Source: Micromonosporaceae bacterium
GTDB lineage: Bacteria; Actinomycetota; Actinomycetes; Mycobacteriales; Micromonosporaceae
Assembly: GCA_036557785.1 (NCBI GenBank)
Contig: DATBGZ010000016.1
Span: 2,576-66,575, forward strand
Reading direction: 5' to 3'
Length of the DNA stretch: 64,000 nt
Shown here: piece by piece, positions 63,278-64,000 of the stretch
Layout: each line of letters starts with the position of its first letter
How positions within the stretch are numbered: position 1 is the first letter of the stretch
Translations under genes and position numbers: made by a program
The notes under the pieces: model-generated
What the model saw: the letters and a program-made list of their open reading frames with translations, nothing else
The model's database searches: none
What the model was told of the DNA's origin: nothing

Positions 63278-64000
63278 ATGGAGGAACTGACCGCGCAGCG
63301 CCGCCGGGAGCGGGCGCTCTCATTCGGCCCGGCGGCCGCGCTCTACGACGCGACCCGGCCCAGCTACCCGCGCGAGGCGGTGGACTGGGCGTTGGCCCCA
63401 CTCGGGTCAGGACCGTCGCGGGTGGCCGACATCGGGGCCGGCACCGGCATCATGACCCGGGTGCTGCTCGAGGCGGGCCACCACGTGCTCGCCGTGGAAC
63501 CGGACCCGCTGATGCGGGAGCGGCTGGTGCGCAGCACGCCTGGCGTGACCGCGGTCGAGGGATCGGCCGAGGCGGTGCCGCTTCCCGACGCGAGCCTCGA
63601 CGCTGCCGTCGCCGCCCAGTCGTACCACTGGTTCGACAAGCAACGCGCCCATGCCGAGCTGGCGCGGGTGATCCGACCAGGCGGGGTGTTCGCCGCGATC
63701 TGGAACATCCGCGACGCCAGCGAACCGTGGGTGGCGCAGTACACCCGCATCGTCGAGGGCGACCGTGGCCACATCGACCAGGACCACGGCGTCTACGACC
63801 ACGGCGGGTTCGCCTATGGCCCGCGGTTCAGCGAGGTCGAGCGGGCCACGTTCCGGCACTCGAGCCAGCACACCCCCGAGAGCCTGGTGCGCCTGCTGCA
63901 GAGCCGCTCCTACTACCTGCGCGCGGCGCCCGAACAACAGCGGGAACTCGAGCGTGAGGTCGTGTCGCTGACCCGTACCCACCCCGACCTTGCCGGCCGG
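63278..64000 (+). CDS. class I SAM-dependent methyltransferase (3' end outside the window)
   Basis: The frame is open from the ATG at 63278 to the window edge and is not in the track. My hand translation gives [31 protein letters not shown]...[28 protein letters not shown]...[10 protein letters not shown], with SAM motifs I and post-I. Confidence 0.75.
   Translation, partial: MEELTAQRRRERALSFGPAAALYDATRPSYPREAVDWALAPLGSGPSRVADIGAGTGIMTRVLLEAGHHVLAVEPDPLMRERLVRSTPGVTAVEGSAEAVPLPDASLDAAVAAQSYHWFDKQRAHAELARVIRPGGVFAAIWNIRDASEPWVAQYTRIVEGDRGHIDQDHGVYDHGGFAYGPRFSEVERATFRHSSQHTPESLVRLLQSRSYYLRAAPEQQRELEREVVSLTRTHPDLAGR

Overview
This window is high-GC (roughly 70% or more by eye) actinobacterial chromosome, and it is almost entirely conserved core genome. 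The content, in order:

- **1-15.8 kb:** the RNA polymerase and ribosomal-protein cluster on the minus strand (rpoC, rpoB, rplL, rplJ, rplA, rplK, nusG, secE, tRNA-Trp, two MaoC/Had-type dehydratases, rpmG, tRNA-Met, tRNA-Thr).
- **15.9-26.6 kb:** a GGDEF-EAL membrane protein, tRNA-Tyr, a YajQ-family protein, a GNAT, htpX, an LCP-family protein and korAB.
- **26.6-34.5 kb:** a less conserved stretch with two papain-fold peptidase-like genes, an MFS/ArsR pair, a cyclase-NTPase-TPR protein, a two-domain GNAT and a class-II aaRS-like orphan.
- **34.5-40.5 kb:** the rex-hemA-hemC-cobA/hemD-hemB operon.
- **40.9-64 kb:** a NarL-type two-component pair, a HAD hydrolase, a glutaredoxin-like protein, an acyl-CoA ligase, a BldN/SigD-like ECF sigma factor with its anti-sigma factor, and a HAD-IB/PlsC/epimerase/bS22/HTH block. 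After that come proline dehydrogenase, a CGNR zinc-finger protein, a TIM-barrel isomerase, ppx, a secreted C39-like peptidase, phoU divergent from phoR-phoP (SenX3-RegX3 type), lysS and a partial methyltransferase.

Gene order resembles, as far as I recall, the M. tuberculosis Rv0490-Rv0512 and Rv0634-Rv0668 neighbourhoods. Protein sequences look Micromonosporaceae- or Streptomyces-like.

I found no CRISPR array, rRNA, transposase, integrase, prophage or recognisable defence island. I cannot point to a convincing new multi-gene system. The best leads are:

1. A strongly over-represented palindrome, TCCAC-W-GTGGA, written into coding sequence with rare Thr codons and clustered over the hem operon.
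2. A stand-alone class-II aaRS-like core gene at the tail of the hem operon.
3. A 17-bp perfect inverted repeat in front of hemB.
4. A pair of apparently cytoplasmic papain-fold genes after korAB.
5. A cyclase-STAND-TPR protein lacking an output HTH.
6. A low-GC, repeat-bearing leader upstream of a secreted C39-like peptidase.

Many long ORFs in the supplied track are antisense or read-through artefacts typical of high-GC DNA, and I trimmed or rejected them.
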